This document shows, in pieces, positions 1 through 14,084 of a stretch of 64,000 nucleotides of DNA (within the stretch, counting starts at the first letter, position 1; every line of letters starts with the position of its first letter). The stretch is taken from NCBI RefSeq assembly GCF_003918875.1, contig NW_025765536.1, forward strand, positions 682,001 through 746,000, read 5' to 3'. Under the pieces are notes generated by a model. It did no database searches and had not been told where the DNA came from. It worked only from the letters and a program-made list of their open reading frames with translations. The position numbers and the translations under genes were made by a program. Source of the DNA: Haliotis rubra (Eukaryota).

Positions 1-590
1 ACATACTACTTAAAGCTAAAACAACCTTTTGTATGGCCACATGGTTACTATGACAGGTAGGTATACCAGAGTACGAGTCCTTTAACATCTGAGGAATATC
101 TATGGTATTTAGAATAGAGAAACACGCTAAAGGTCTTGATGATATTCCGTGTTATGACATTGGAAATGGTTGAATATTACTTCCGAGAAAATATAGGTTG
201 AACAGTAAATGTTGAAAACTATCATTACGACAGAGGGTGCTTTTGCCTCTAAGATTATTGGATGAATGTTATTACTTATACAAAGTAAGAACGGTACAAT
301 ACTTTATTCAAAGTATGTTGCCCTGACTATGATTTTATTTCACAGTTAGACACAAAAACGTTCCTTGTTGATGTCACTGATGGCTGTATTTATGTTGCAT
401 AAGTTCCTACTTGACAAACAGTGGGTATTAATGCCCATATTGATTCATTATCAGCTTATGTTGCGGATATACATGTAAACAGTCCATTTTCTATGTAGAC
501 ATTGCTGATTAAATATTTACAGCGCAGGGAATGCATCTGCAAATACACTAACATATCTCAATTACATTTCTGTCCACCAACACTACTTAC

Positions 591-631
591 CTTCTTAACA
601 AGTCATGTTCCGAGACACCCAAATACCTCAT
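591..631 (-). CDS. Candidate alternative first coding exon (MRYLGVSEHDLLR+AG), phase-2 donor
   Basis: Minus-strand ATG at 631 is the first ATG after an in-frame stop. The frame is open to a perfect donor AAG|GTAAGT at 591/590. No homology recognised. Confidence 0.3.
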
Positions 632-2097
632 TTCACCTGTGTACCCTGAGTGATCTGACCCTCTCGTCTGACAGCTAATCCTATAATCTCCCAGGTAAGT
701 CCCCCCTCTGACACATCTACATCAACAATGGGGGTCTCTCACCTGCCTGTCTCCTCCGTGCAAATGGCCAATTCCCCTAGGCCGACAAGGTGATCTTTTT
801 TCTGTTATGTAATAAAATTACCAGCCCATGGCAGATCATTGGATCAAGCATTGGGTACATGATCATGTGAGCCTCAATCTGATTAACTGCAGGTCTAGCC
901 TACTATGTTCAATATTTACATAAGGACTTGCTTTTGTCAACTTGTTTTCGATTTGTTGAGCTCATTGTGGTCAAGTTGGGTAAACATTTCATGTTAGCTG
1001 ATTTTAGAGGACTCGGGTTCATGACAATACTGTTAGTTATTTAAATTATGAAACTTACGAGTAATAAGACTCGTTTGAATACATTTGCAGAATGAGATCA
1101 AACATATTAAAACTAGTATTAAGATCAGATAGAAGATTCAATCAAATCAGATCTAGTCACATAAATTTTACAAGAGGCACTTCTACAACACAAGAAAAAA
1201 AAGAGCAAGATTAGAATATTTAATCAGAGATCCTACAGTTTACCAGTGCTTCATTCTCCAGCCTATTCTCTAAAGGCATATACTGCGATCATGAATTGCC
1301 TTTTATCAATTCAGGTGATAATTTGGTCAAATAGCATCAAGATATTTATCAAGGGCTGCATAATATTCAGCATCGTGCCAGAGGGGAGGGGAATTACTTG
1401 TTGTCCAGGTATTAACCATTTCCTGTTGTCTGTCCTCTGGCCCCTACTGTGTATTGTATACGGCTTATCCATATTGCCCTTCTGGGGCCCATCCAAGACA
1501 GAACAATGAGACCAGATAATCGCCCAAGTCCCCAACTGTCCCTCATGGACATAAAAACCCTTTTATTGTCCCTCGCAGATATATTTCAAGATCTAGAGGC
1601 TAGTTTTAGTTGATGCCAAGTCAAGATAGCAATTAATCATATGATAAGATCTTAATATATGGGTTGTACAACTTCTTATCTGCAACACATTGCAACCAGC
1701 AATTAATGCCATGGTGTTAAAAAATGTAAAACTTTAGGGGTTCTTGATGTTTAGAGTGGTGAATAAATATTATTTTAAGATATATTAGGATTTACTGTTT
1801 CAATTTAAACAATTTTAAATTAAAAATATAGATATATACATTTTCAAGAGGACAACATAGGCTGTGTTAAATACATCACACATAACACATCTACCATTTT
1901 TCAACATTTGCCAAGAAACCGTAATACCCTAATTCTGCATGGGCTATTTTACCAATCGATTTCAAGGACTAACTCCAGAAGGGGATAGGGCAAGCTGATA
2001 TACGAGAAAAACTAATCACTTTAACCAACACCATAAATGGGTAGTATAATTTGTGTAGGGAATCTGCATGAATTTGCTTAGTGGAGTTACGAGAAGT

Positions 2098-2457
2098 CTA
2101 CATCTGGTACTGGAACTCTCCTGCATTGAAGTCCTGTTTCTTGGCGAGCTCTTTGGCACTGAAGGTTAGTTTGTTAGTGGGCTTGGCTGGACGGATAGAT
2201 GGTTTACACTCATAGCATGTGCGAGGGAGAAACCTAGTTAGGATTCTCCAGTAATTTAAGAGACAATGGCTGTTGTGTGCATAGACATTTGGAGCTTTTA
2301 TTGCCCAGACGTTCCGTTGAGACTTCTCAGCTCTGAAGTTGGGAAAGTAGACAATTTTCAAGAAAGCGTGAGGGGTTCGTGAAGGGAGAGAGAGGGTTCG
2401 TGAGGGAGAGAGAGGGGGGTTGTGAGGGAGAGAGGGGGTTGGGTGCAGTAACACTGA
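2098..2457 (-). other. Candidate spliced (possibly terminal) exon behind a strong 3' splice site
   Basis: Minus strand reads cttttgttttttgtgtcccag|TCAG at 2458/2457. The phase-0 frame is open for 119 codons to TAG at 2098. The peptide is low-complexity with no recognisable domain. Confidence 0.2.
2368..2443. repeat. GA-rich degenerate tandem repeat (~21-bp unit gggttcgtgagggagagaga, 3-4 copies)
   Basis: Directly visible repeated units. Confidence 0.7.
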
Positions 2458-4689
2458 CTGGGACACAAAAAACAAAAGCTGTTAAACAACAGCTGAAAAC
2501 ATCTATCTTATATGTAAATGAACCTTTTGCAGAATGCTAAGAGCTAACTAATTAATTTGACTAATTGTGGCAACAACTCATGTGATCATGAATGTTCCCT
2601 CAGCCAAAGCTCTCTCAGTGGGGAATGGCACAATAAGATTAAATAGCTAATATAATCAAATTGAAACAAACAACACTTTTCCCCCAATTATTCATTTGCT
2701 TGGTAAAGCATGGCACTAGTATGACCTACTCTATCCATAAGCTGATGAGAGTGGAGTTACAGAATACGACAAAAAGACATGCGTGCCAAGCCAGGTTTTT
2801 CAAGTACAATGACCTTTTTATTCTATTATTGCTTCAGGTTATCAATAATATCTGTAATATCAACCTAAAAGCATAAAAGCAGTAATGTAATATAGTATTT
2901 TATCAATACAACTAAAACTGGGGAATCCATTTCTCAGTCCTCATCCAATATGGCAACCATCTAAACATGATGAACAGTTTTGGTTGATGATTAGCCTCCT
3001 AATGATAGTCAGCACCAAACGGAAGCAGCAGCGCCCAAGTATATAATATTACCATTTAAAGGAAATGGTCCATTTGCTGGTATTATGTTGACTGAACTGT
3101 TGGTTAAGGATGCTTTTGAACAAAACGTTGTAACATCAAGACTGATTTTTTACGCATAGCTTATGTTTGAGAACATTATTACTATAACTATATACGATAA
3201 GTAATAATATAATAATTACTTACTATAGTTTCATCAAAATGTTCAAATTGTTTTCATTATATGTTACAACCAAAATTATTTAATTATTTTATGTTTTGAT
3301 CTCAATGTATTGTGTCTGTTGAACAATTGAAATCCTACAATGCAATAAATTTAACACATCCTGGCAATGCTGCTAAAATTCCACTCTTTTAGAAAATAAA
3401 GTCTAGAATGAATTCCATATGTGTGTGTGCAAATATTTTCAGATAAAATGGAAGCGAAACTGGTTCAAGATACCATGCCACAGAAAAACAACAGGGAAAG
3501 GTTAAAGGTGTAAAAAGTTCAGCGTCAAGGGTCAAACTTAAAGCTGTTGAAAAAATAGAGAAAGATTGAAATCTCTTAAGGCTGTTCAGGTGTTCACAAT
3601 GGACAAGTGAAAATCTAGACTTAAAGTTGGAGAGGAAAAATCAAACCATGTCCATGAACAAGAACAGTTGTATAAGAAACAGACTTTTTACAAACCTCAT
3701 GTGCCTGGAATAAGCCAGAAATCACAGCCTAGTTTGTGTCAGGGAGCGAGACGACAGACTCCGACCATGGTTGGATCAAGAATGGTTGGATGGAGGTGCA
3801 GATTCATACAACAATAACACGCTTCACCTGGGGCTAATACCATCACAATGGACAACATAAACAACACAGATCTGAACCTCAATGCTCAGTCACTGAATAT
3901 CTGCCAGTTGCGTTAAGAGGGAAATCATTTAGATTGAGCTAATTGGCAGTTAAATACCCTACAGCACTTAACACCTGCAGGCCCAGCTGAATGATCGCCA
4001 ATACATGAACTTCTGATCTGTATGCAGTCCATAGATTTGCATTAAAGGTTGAATATGCTTCGTATTAGCACTTCAAATAGACTTTCAGTAGAAGACAATT
4101 GGAAATATTGGAAAATGTGACGTATTTAACCACACATGCTGTGTCTTTCAACATAGATTAACTTCTCGTGACGAATGACTTGTAAAGTGCTGAGATTAGC
4201 GGAATTGTCACCTTGGGGAGCTCACACGTCTATTGATTGGATTGAAAGAGAATTAAGCATTGTTCATTCTTGTTGATAGAGCAGGATCTTTTTAGATCTA
4301 TTTTGAGGTTAATTTGTCTTTGTCCAAAAATACAAAGTGAATGTTAATTGTCTACATTTTTTGCACACATCTAAGAAAACTTCAAATTAATACTGTAAAT
4401 TTTAGAGACAAAGCTCTTTATTTCATGGTTACAATAGATCAGTGTCTAGACACGAACAGCCTGAAGTATGAACTTAAATTCTAAACAAAAGACGATGCCA
4501 ATAGGAATCATTTGAAAGATATACAAGAAAATGTAAATGTTAGCTCCTGTGAATGTGAATGTTAATTTCAATGATTCAGCTGGGACAAGTCAGGGTGTTA
4601 CAACAGCTTTAGCGGAACTGTGCCCAGGTCCTCAACACCTAGATCAAGTTGCATAAAAATAATAATAAAGAAGCTAAGGATGAACTTAC

Positions 4690-4766
4690 TTTGTAACATA
4701 CAGAGTTGTTAAATCTCCAGAATGTAAAAGGAATTTGGACTTAATGTGATGTGGACACTTGTACAT
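4690..4766 (-). CDS. Candidate alternative first coding exon (MYKCPHHIKSKFLLHSGDLTTLYVT+AA), phase-2 donor
   Basis: ATG at 4766 preceded by an in-frame TAA, then 25 codons + 2 nt and AAA|GTAAGT. Confidence 0.3.
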
Positions 4767-6140
4767 ACCTTAAAGAGTTGGCACAACAGTCGCTGGGAAG
4801 TCACTTTTTGACTGCTGTGTGTCACCATCCACGTCTTGACTCTAAGCTTATTGACCAAACATTAACACCCCACATAGATCATGACTTGACTCCAAGCTTA
4901 CACGCCAAACATTAACACTTACAGAGTCAGGTGGCAGATCTGATGCTACAGGTAATTAACCCCTGAACCAACTTCTTCCTAATGTCTCAACTGAGATCTA
5001 TTGTTACCAAGAAGTTATGACAACAATAGCCATCCATAATTGGCTGGCCAGTTCTTTTGTTGTGAGTAAACATTAAACAGTCTCCATCTATCTGACCTAA
5101 TGACTAAACAAACAGTGAGAGCTAATCTCCTTCTGACAAGGCAAACAAGATGGAGGTTAATCCTTAGAGTGGTCTCCCCTGTCACAACATCATACATGAA
5201 GGTGTCAAGCTATCAACAGGGAAAGTGAGAATTAATTGGAGTCCGAGTTGAGATTGACTTTTTGCCAATAAAAAGATAATGGTTTAAGGCAAATAGTTAA
5301 TTTGTCAAATTATCTAAATGAGATTAGGAGAGGTTTGTTAGGAAGTGATCAGATGTATTTTTGAAGTACTTGACAGTCAGATCATGAACAATGTACCTAC
5401 TTGTTACTTTTTAAAAATGTTTACATATTTTAAACAATTGTTTGTTTTGGAAAATTGGTTCCAGGTAGCCTATTATGAGTGCCACTTGTACCTATGTGAT
5501 CTGAACCAAAAATAGCCACTGGCCAAACAACAATCCGGCCACATCGTTATATGAATATTCAATACCTTGTCTGAGATGCTATATGTATTACACTTCCATT
5601 GTGTCAAGGATGATTATGTGGAATATCTGAACATGATTTGAGCATTGAGAACTATTTAAGGACAGAACATTAATGTATTGTTTATGTAAGAAATTATGCA
5701 GTATTATTTGAAATATTGACCGAGCCCGAATTTCTTCACAGCTAATACTAACCCTAGACAGGTCTCCATCTCAAGTCAATCACAAAACTAATCCTCACTC
5801 CAATGGTTTAGACTAATTACTTTGGGAGCCGACATGACACGAACCTTGTAATAACAATTAGAGCACAGCCACAGACTTCGACGACAGCATCTAAATAAAC
5901 ACAACTAAGGCTTGATTGGGACCCAGAAGAGCCAGTAGTATTTGGGCCTCTAATCATACCACAAGTTCAAGCAGATGATGGAAAATAGCTACAGCTCATG
6001 GCTTACGAGGAAACAGATAGATGCATTCCTGTTTTCTTCACGGGTTTAGTAATATAACTCTTAAGATTTAATTTAAAACCTTTTTAAATTTAAGTAGGTT
6101 ACATTGAGTTTGCAGACCAAAACTGAGCAAGAATATTTCA

Positions 6141-6301
6141 CATGGGGCGGATCCAGGATTTGGGGGTTGGGGGTGGTGTGTTTGAACCTCCTGAACCCCC
6201 ATTGGCTCCGCCAACGCAAAAAAAAATCTTCAATGTGGTCTTAAGTCATTTTCAAAAGGGGGATACGTGCTGAACACACACACACACTGGATCCACCAAT
6301 G
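6141..6301. mobile_element. Degenerate MITE-like element with ggcggatcca / tggatccacc ends
   Basis: Imperfect terminal inverted repeats catggggcggatcca ... tggatccaccaatg. No TSD seen. Confidence 0.4.
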
Positions 6302-7110
6302 TTTCAGACATATCAGATCATTATTAACTGAACCCTTTTTAGGAACCCAAATCTTCACTGATGGAGGTTTCTTTTGCACTGGACTGTATTGTAATTTGAG
6401 ACAAATCAGATTTACTTCCTGGAACATGTCATCTAGCTAAAGGATGCCTCTTATCTCAACTCCTGATCTGTAACATGCCACCAAAGGCATTCCTGAAGCC
6501 TGCCAGAATTCAAAGATTTCTAGAATAGTGATATCTAAGATGGCACCATTTTTACTGTATATTGCTTTTTCTGCTTTAGCCCATTTCTTTTTATTCCCCC
6601 ATGTCGTAACTCTTGTCGTAACAATTTCTACCCAACTTCCAAATGTGGGCAAGGGATTTCTGAACCATATCATCCAATATTTCCCCTCCTCCAAAAATTA
6701 AAAAACCCTTCCAAATAGTAACAGCAATTAATAATTCATTTCTAAACCATATAATCTTTTAATTGCGAATCCCCCTTAAAAAAATGAAATAAAAAAACCC
6801 TTCCAAATGGTAAAAGCTACTAATTATTCATCACAAATTTGCAACATTTTGCTATTCTAATCTCTATTTTTTTAAAAAAGATTCAGACTGTAATTTCCTC
6901 TTTAAGCGTGAACCATCACCGTTAACCACTTTCATTCTGGACTTCTTGATCACCCTTAACCAACACATTGAACAACCAGGTAACACAGTAACTGGTAATA
7001 AATTTAATATTTCCATTTTATCACTGACATGTGCTGCTGGTATGGAAACCCAGTACAAGGCGACATGCAATTAGTCTCTCGTAAGCTGAATAATTAGACA
7101 ATAAACTATC

Positions 7111-7130
7111 CCCATCCTAGGGGGCGCTGC
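7111..7130 (+). promoter_or_regulatory. CTCF-like motif
   Basis: ctagggggcgctg matches the 3' core of the CTCF consensus (YAGRKGGCGC). Motif only. Confidence 0.3.
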
Positions 7131-7588
7131 TACCTGGGGTACCCACAGAGAGGCTCTGGGTGATATATGGTTACAGTTATTGGACTGGACAGGAATCCTG
7201 GCGAACCCTGAGATGCCATTTTGGCCTGTCAGCACATTGCACCTGCTGTTGTATTCTGGGTAATAATGTTACCACTAATGAATGTTCAGTATGAAATATT
7301 GCATTATCCCATGCAGAGTAATGGTCGAGTTACGTAGTGCCCAATTCCACACGCATTCCTGTAGTTCACATAATATTATCTGCATAACAGATCAGTGTAT
7401 TTCCTATAGCGATCTCAGCTCCCTAGGGAGTATCAACTAAAACTATCAACTTAAACCTGAAACATTTGAAATCATGTCATCCTACTGGGTACCCCTTTAC
7501 TGCTGGATTAATAGAGGCACATTCTATAGAATGTAATGCCACTGTGGAGACTTTAAATGTTCTCCAGCCTGGTTTTCCAAGGCATGGA

Positions 7589-7752
7589 GGGGCAGTGGGG
7601 TAGCCCCATGGTTAAAGCGTTCGCTCGTCATGCTGAAGACCCGGTTCGATTTGATTGGGTACAATGTGTGAAGCCCATTTCTGGTGTCCTCCCCACGAAA
7701 TATTGCTTGAATATTGCTAAAAGTGGCGTAAAACAAATGTCACTCACTCACT
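7589..7752 (+). mobile_element. tRNA-derived SINE, family A
   Basis: tRNA-like head with A/B boxes, conserved core gggtacaatgtgtgaagcccatttctggtgtcc, (ACTC)n tail. TSD ccaaggca(t/g)gga at 7577-7588 and 7753-7764. Confidence 0.9.
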
Positions 7753-7876
7753 CCAAGGCAGGGACCGAACCTCTTGAAACTCTGACAAGATTGACAAGTA
7801 CTGCTACCCCAGTTACGACCTTTACACCATTAACAGGACCTCCATTGCCACCATAATAACTAACATATTGTACTGT

Positions 7877-9353
7877 TCATCCATTTGAATGCCTCAGTTT
7901 GATTTGTGCTTCAAAACGACCCAAAGGTATTCCCCGATAATTAAAAATCATATGAGCGACAATATGTCTCGCAAGAAGATTTTCATTATCATTAGACAAT
8001 TCCCTCAATAAGCCCTCAATTACTGAGAGGATTGTTAGCATTATAAGTTGACAGTTGTGGTTTGTGTTATAGTATTCCTCCCATCCTGCATTTCTGGTAA
8101 TGTTCGCCAAAGTGGTGCCAAGCTTTCATTACAGCAATTGTTGAAAAAGCCGGAATTATGTGGTGTAACTGGTCCAAATCTCTGTGATGATCTGGAGGAT
8201 CTGACTAGCGGTGAGTATCACATTTCTCATGACGCTGATGCCGAGTTCAAACAGACGTCTCAACTAAGTTTGCCCACATGCTTTTTGAGATTGCCTCATC
8301 CATTTATTAGAAGCTTGGAAGGGTTCGGACGCCACAAAATGTGCTAATTGAAAATGACTGATTCTGCGAGTGGCCCTTAAGAACGAGGCACGAGGCCCTA
8401 ACTACACAAATGAAATGAATCGGGTGGCTTTACGCTACTCTACAGCAGGAACAAATGGATTATTTGGCATCACAGTTGTTGCGTGTGGAAATATGCACAC
8501 AGGGCGGTGATATGCAGGGAAAAGCGTTACGAATTAGAGAAAGAATTCAAATGGCTTGATTATCACGTTTTCTTCAAAAAATCAATCTCAATCTGGAAGA
8601 GGAATATTCTGACAGTATTTCCACAGCAAGATTGTGTCACACTGGCTGGGAATGTGATCCACTGAAAGATAAGGCCCCAGAGCCAAGTCCCCCATTACTT
8701 TCCCCTCTTTGATTATTGGTGTTTACCATTGCGATGCCACTCATTAAGGGGAGGATATTGCTGCCTGCTTTTTTGATGGACTACATTTTTTCCGCTGTCT
8801 TTTTGACTCGCCACAAAGCTGCATCCTCTTCTCGACTTGCACCTTCCCACTTATCCATTCTGTTTACCATTTCCTGTGTCTGACGGGCTCAAGAATATCT
8901 TACATCCAGTCTCCAGGCTACTGACACAGGAAATAGATGCATCCCCTTGCAGGTCCCTTAGCAGACCTACCTCAAGACGCTCTAACAAAGTACTGTTCAA
9001 ACCTCACCGTAAACATTTCAAACTGCTACCAATGCATTCCATGCTCCTAGCAATTGAGGAGCATGGTTGGAAAAAAGGCCTCATTCATTATGTTCTAGTT
9101 TCCTGGAGTTGTACATCATACAAGGCTGTCAGATTAACCTTTCCCATGTGTCCCTGCTGTCATAGACAGAGGTTTATTCTCTCGAAATCACTGCCCTCCA
9201 GTGTACCCTCCATAAAAGAAAACTACATTCTCTTAGGAAGGCCTTAATGAATGCTAACTATCTCTTTCTCGCCTCGTTGTTGAGGTTTCTGTTTACCTTT
9301 GCAAGTCAGTCGAACAGTTGTAAACGTGGCTGGATATCACGCATGTGCTGCCA
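7877..9353 (-). pseudogene. Decayed long ORF, probably a relic L1/Tx1-type retrotransposon ORF1
   Basis: Manual minus-strand translation from ATG ~9353 gives long protein-like stretches broken by isolated stops and frameshifts: MAAHA*YPATFTTVRLTCKGK..., YGEV*TV, LETGCKIF, LRRLFELGISVMRNVILTASQILQII..., and ORF 7877-8110. The YG.V ... TG spacing recalls Tx1/L1 ORF1. No RT/EN domain seen. Confidence 0.4.
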
Positions 9354-9692
9354 TAGCAAGACAACACCACTCTAAATGAAACAAGGCTAGATTGTTTATT
9401 TACGTTTATCAGTAGAATGAGAATATTATATGCACTTGTACTTGCATATCTCCTGCTAGCTTAGTTCAAGCAGCTGAATACATCGCCAGTGTACTGATAT
9501 CCCTGTACCGTGCTGTCTATTTGACCTAACTAGTAATCGGAACTTATTGTTTTACCAAATGTTTATATTATTGTAAGCTGTCCTTAATTATTTACATCAA
9601 CAGTGTTTTTTTGCACTGACTTAACCATCAAAGATACATATTTAAAGAAGAGGTTCATTTTCTCCACCTGAACAGACAGGTGCCTGCTTCAA

Positions 9693-9820
9693 TGCCTGAC
9701 TCTCAGAGTGCAGGTTCAAATCCTGGATGGGACTCAACACTAAAAGTACTGTTATATGTACTTTCCTGAAGAAGTATAATCTGAAATATGTATGTTTCAT
9801 TTTACCATTTTCTAAGTGGC
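9693..9820 (+). mobile_element. 5'-truncated SINE, family C
   Basis: tgcctgactctcagagtgcaggttcaaatcctggatgggactcaa...aaaagtact aligns with the 47395 copy. B-box present. Confidence 0.7.
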
Positions 9821-11048
9821 ATTTAGTATTCACAGACTTTTGTTTTAAGTATGTATTTGTTACAAATATAAACATTATTAAATCATGATAACATATTCAT
9901 GTTTGATGGCCATTGATGTCAATGATTACATTGAGAAAGAATGAAGACTAGCGTCTTAAGTGTCAGAGTCAATAGAGATTAGTTTGATCGTTTTTGTCAT
10001 TAAAGGAACAAACAAAATATCGGCGGAAAGAATGCATTTACAGTGGTCAATAGGGTTCAGTTGTGAATAAAATTCAGTCATGCTGAAACTTGCGGCACTG
10101 TTATCAGCCACAACTGGACATCCTTCACGATCTCACAGGTGATGAATGTCCATTAATGTTTAATGGCCAAGTTTAGTTGAAACTGTTGACTTGATCAAAG
10201 ATTATCATAATCATTAAAGACAAATACCAATCTATTGTATTTCACAGATTAGCAACAGTTAACGCCTGTATCTGTGATACACAATAAATCTCAGGTGATA
10301 ACGACTTTCCCAGGTAGCCCCTCTCATCACCGGACAAGGATGATTGCACAGAACATTTCCAAAGAAACTCCTGAGTCCTGTTAATGGTCCTACCTCTTTC
10401 CATTCACCTGCTCTAACGAGGTCAGCCTTTCACATGAAACCTTTAATAGTCACACAAACATGCAGGTGAGACAACAAAAAAAACCTACAAAAGATTTCAC
10501 ACCTCTGGTTTTCCTTTAAGGAGCGTAAGAGCTGTGGTTTTCTATCACTCAATCTTAAAGACTGGCTGGTGGTACAAGTCAGCAGTCATGTTTTCAACAC
10601 AATAGACTGAACCCTTTTATTTAAGATTACACCTACAATAACACACCTTTGAGATGCTCATTAAAAAAACATAGCTTTGATCTCGCAAGTTAAACAGCCC
10701 AGCGCATCTGATTTCAATAAATGCAATTTACAGTTTGTTTTTCAAAAGCAAATAAAACATTATGGTAAGCTAAACACATACTGTTGGTGAATGAAAAATT
10801 GGATGACTGAATAACTGAAAAATAAAAGTGTGAAGAAAAATATGTTGTGTTAATACCTTGTTTGTGTATCTGTACAATGTACGGTGCTGACTGGAAAGTG
10901 CATAATTTCTATGTAAAATGATTGGAAGATATTAATGGCTGAACTACATGTAGTTTTGGCAGATTTATTTCGCCACAAAGTCTTAATTTTATAACCTCCG
11001 ACATGCCACCATTTGACACAATAATCGTTTGTTTCCTATCCACCAAGT

Positions 11049-11228
11049 GACCAATCACAACACTCATTAACCACTTCTCGACCAATCACTGACGAGTATT
11101 TCCCAGTCTGGACAGAGTTAATCATACACAGCACCCTAGGGGGGCCCTAAAACTTGTGACACCGATTGACTGTTTGAAGGAGAGCAATGCCAGAACTGAT
11201 CACCGGACCATTTCCCAGCATGCACTCG
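11049..11228. promoter_or_regulatory. Promoter/enhancer-like cluster: two CCAAT boxes and a ZNF143/Staf-like site
   Basis: gaccaatcac occurs twice (CCAAT at 11051 and 11082, 31 bp apart). ttcccagcatgcac at ~11212-11225. Confidence 0.35.
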
Positions 11229-12339
11229 CCACAAATCGGCTTGATGTCAAACTTATTCACGAGCTAATGTAGTTATCGAGTTATCATATTCATAAACAGT
11301 CTTGTTATTGACCTCTTGACAAGGTAGTTTTTAAAACTTTCACCAGACATTATAGCAATCTGTCTGGCATTTCAACATTCATTGTTTCTCTCAAAGTGTT
11401 AACATAACACTGATCAATAAATTTATTAATATCTTTTGTTCATATGTTTCAGAATGAATTAATAACAATATGTTCTCTAATAATTTCATCAATTCATTAA
11501 ATCCATGATTAGTTTGTAAACCGTATTCAACAGTTAGGCTTTCTTACTGCAGTTGCCATGGATAGTTGCAAAATTGCTGAACAAGTGTAAAACAATATTC
11601 ACTCATTCATTACACTGGGAATGTCATTATTCTAATAAATATCCACAGCAAGGAAACATCAGTGAAACATTGGTTGTCAAATGACTACATAATACATACC
11701 ACTTATTGCACTGTATGTTCAGGAAATGCTGACTAGATTTCAAACCGTAATTACAAATCGGATTTCCAAAAAGAATATGCTAGACATATTTCAAGCTTGA
11801 CATCCTGTACATGTGGAGAAAATGCATTATTTCATTTTTTCATGATACAAAAATCTCCTTATTTCAATTCTTTCTTTAGGTAACTGAAACAACAGGAGTT
11901 CTCATTTTTTGATACCAGAAAAATGGATTGTTGTGTCTGTGAGAGGTTTGCCAGGAGTGTCAGTCCATCACACCTGACAGACTTCTGAGCTTGTGGTTAA
12001 AAAAGGTGTGATGGGGATTTGTTTGCAGTAGTTAAAGCTGAAGATACCTGTTCACTGACTACCTGTCACTGGCCAGTGGGTTCTCCGAGCCTCCGTCAGG
12101 TGTGCCCAACACGTACCAGCTGTCATAGACTCACAGAGGTCAGTGATGATACAAATATATATAATGGCTCCGTCAGCCGCACAAATAAACATGGCAGCCG
12201 TGATGTACTGAAGACATTATACAGAGATGGACATTCTGTCCTGGCGCCACACCCACGGCAGCTGACTTCAGCTGCTGATGACACTGCCGTTTCTTGTACA
12301 ACAACATAGACTATAGAAATCTACACGACATTCACTTAA

Positions 12340-12640
12340 AGCTGAATCCTCCAAGGAACTCATGAACTCTTTAAGACATTAACGTATAGTTGAATCCTCC
12401 ATGAATGAAATCTACAAGACATTAAGTTAAACACAACTGAATCCTCCAAGATAAGACATGAAAACCTCAATGAAACTGAATTCTCTAAGGATGAAATCTA
12501 AAACAGAAATTTACACCTGAAATGTACAAGACTAACACTTACAACTGAAATCTACAAGGCTTAAACTTAAATATCTAAATTCTTCAAGCAGGAATTCAAC
12601 ATGATTTAAATTTCTGAATTTTTCAAGGATGAAATCAAGA
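12340..12640. repeat. Old degenerate tandem repeat (recurring ctgaatcctccaagga / gaaatctacaagac motifs)
   Basis: Several diverged copies visible by eye. Confidence 0.5.
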
Positions 12641-14084
12641 ACAGAACCATGAAGTGATCAAGCTCCAAACATATGATCGAAATCAACATTGCTGAAACAC
12701 ATGAACTGGAAACAGAAACTTATGAAGGAAACATCTGTATTTGTTAAGGTTTACCAAAAATCATTCACAATTTTTAAAAGGTTAAAATAGCACTTTAACA
12801 TTTATCACTTTAACTTGCATACGATCAGATCATAATTGAAAATATTGAAACTGATTAACCTTGCCTAGGTTGTGTAAATTCAGAATCAGATTATCAAAAT
12901 CAATGATACTTGTTCCGCTACAGGCCATATAGATTAACAGGCAACACTAGACGATGATTCCTTTCGAATGATTCAAGACTCTTTGCAGGACCAAACTGGG
13001 AACCTGGCAGATTGGAAACCTGAAAATCTCCATATGATCATACCGTTTTCTCTTAAGTCCACAAAAAAACATCACATCCTCGTTTTTTTGTACCATGTAT
13101 GTTGAAATGAAATCAGGGTTGTGGATTCATCAGCCCTATAGCACCTGCCGAAGCAACCAAATCTAATTACATCTCCTGATAAAACCAACCTTCATAATTA
13201 GTATTGACTGGCAAACCAATAGGTTTTGAAAACCCATTATACTTTTGTATTTTCATTTCATTTTTTCCCCGATTCCCTTAGATTACACTGCTAACACTGG
13301 TTGATGGAATTTTAAATCGGACTCTCTGGGAGGAGAGGAGGAAGCAAAAATTTCAACATTATTTTGTCTACCGTAAAAAAACTGGCCATAATTTAGCCCA
13401 AAAAACGTTGTTTTCGAACCTGACAGCTGTTCAAAAAGATTGCATCCTAAACCTTTCAACTTGTACCAAGCTATACTTAAACAATCCTAAGTTTACCAAA
13501 AACTTAACCAAAGTTCATCTATTGTCAAACAACGAGGTGTATTTATGAAAGCAAAACACGAGCATGTTGAGGTGATTTAGGCACGCCTTGATATCCGAGG
13601 TGAAACATCTGCTTGAAGGAATGATGGCGACATTTCTACAGATAGTCAAATACTTGTTGTATCTCCACTTCTAAACAAAGCATAAAACTCTGTATCTCAC
13701 ACACAGAGATTGGGGTCAGGCCAGCTTTGAGGTTTTTTAGAGGTGAATGAAATAATGTAAATAATGATTCACAGATATTTCTTTTTTAACATTTTTAAGC
13801 ATATGAGAATATTTACTTTGAATAATTTGTTGGTGGACATGACATTTACAAAATCCATCTGGTCATCACAAGTTTAGATTAAGTGTAGGTTTAACATGTA
13901 TCTTTGACTTAAACACAACTTCAGTACAGCTTAAGATTTTGGAATGCACTACAAATCCGACTTTGACTGTTAATTGTGAGCCAAAGTCCTATCCTAATTG
14001 TTTCATCACCTTTCTAGAAGTTGGTGACTAAACAACAAAGCAAACAACTTTATGGATAACAACTTCTTGTTTTATAATGACAAT

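Noticed and set aside
675-700. Plus-strand CAG|GTAAGT as a recursive splice site
   Set aside because: The pyrimidine tract is short, it is a single instance, and other splice evidence favours the minus strand.
8837-9247. 136-aa plus-strand ORF as a gene
   Set aside because: Non-ATG start, no domain, and it lies antisense to the decayed minus-strand ORF.
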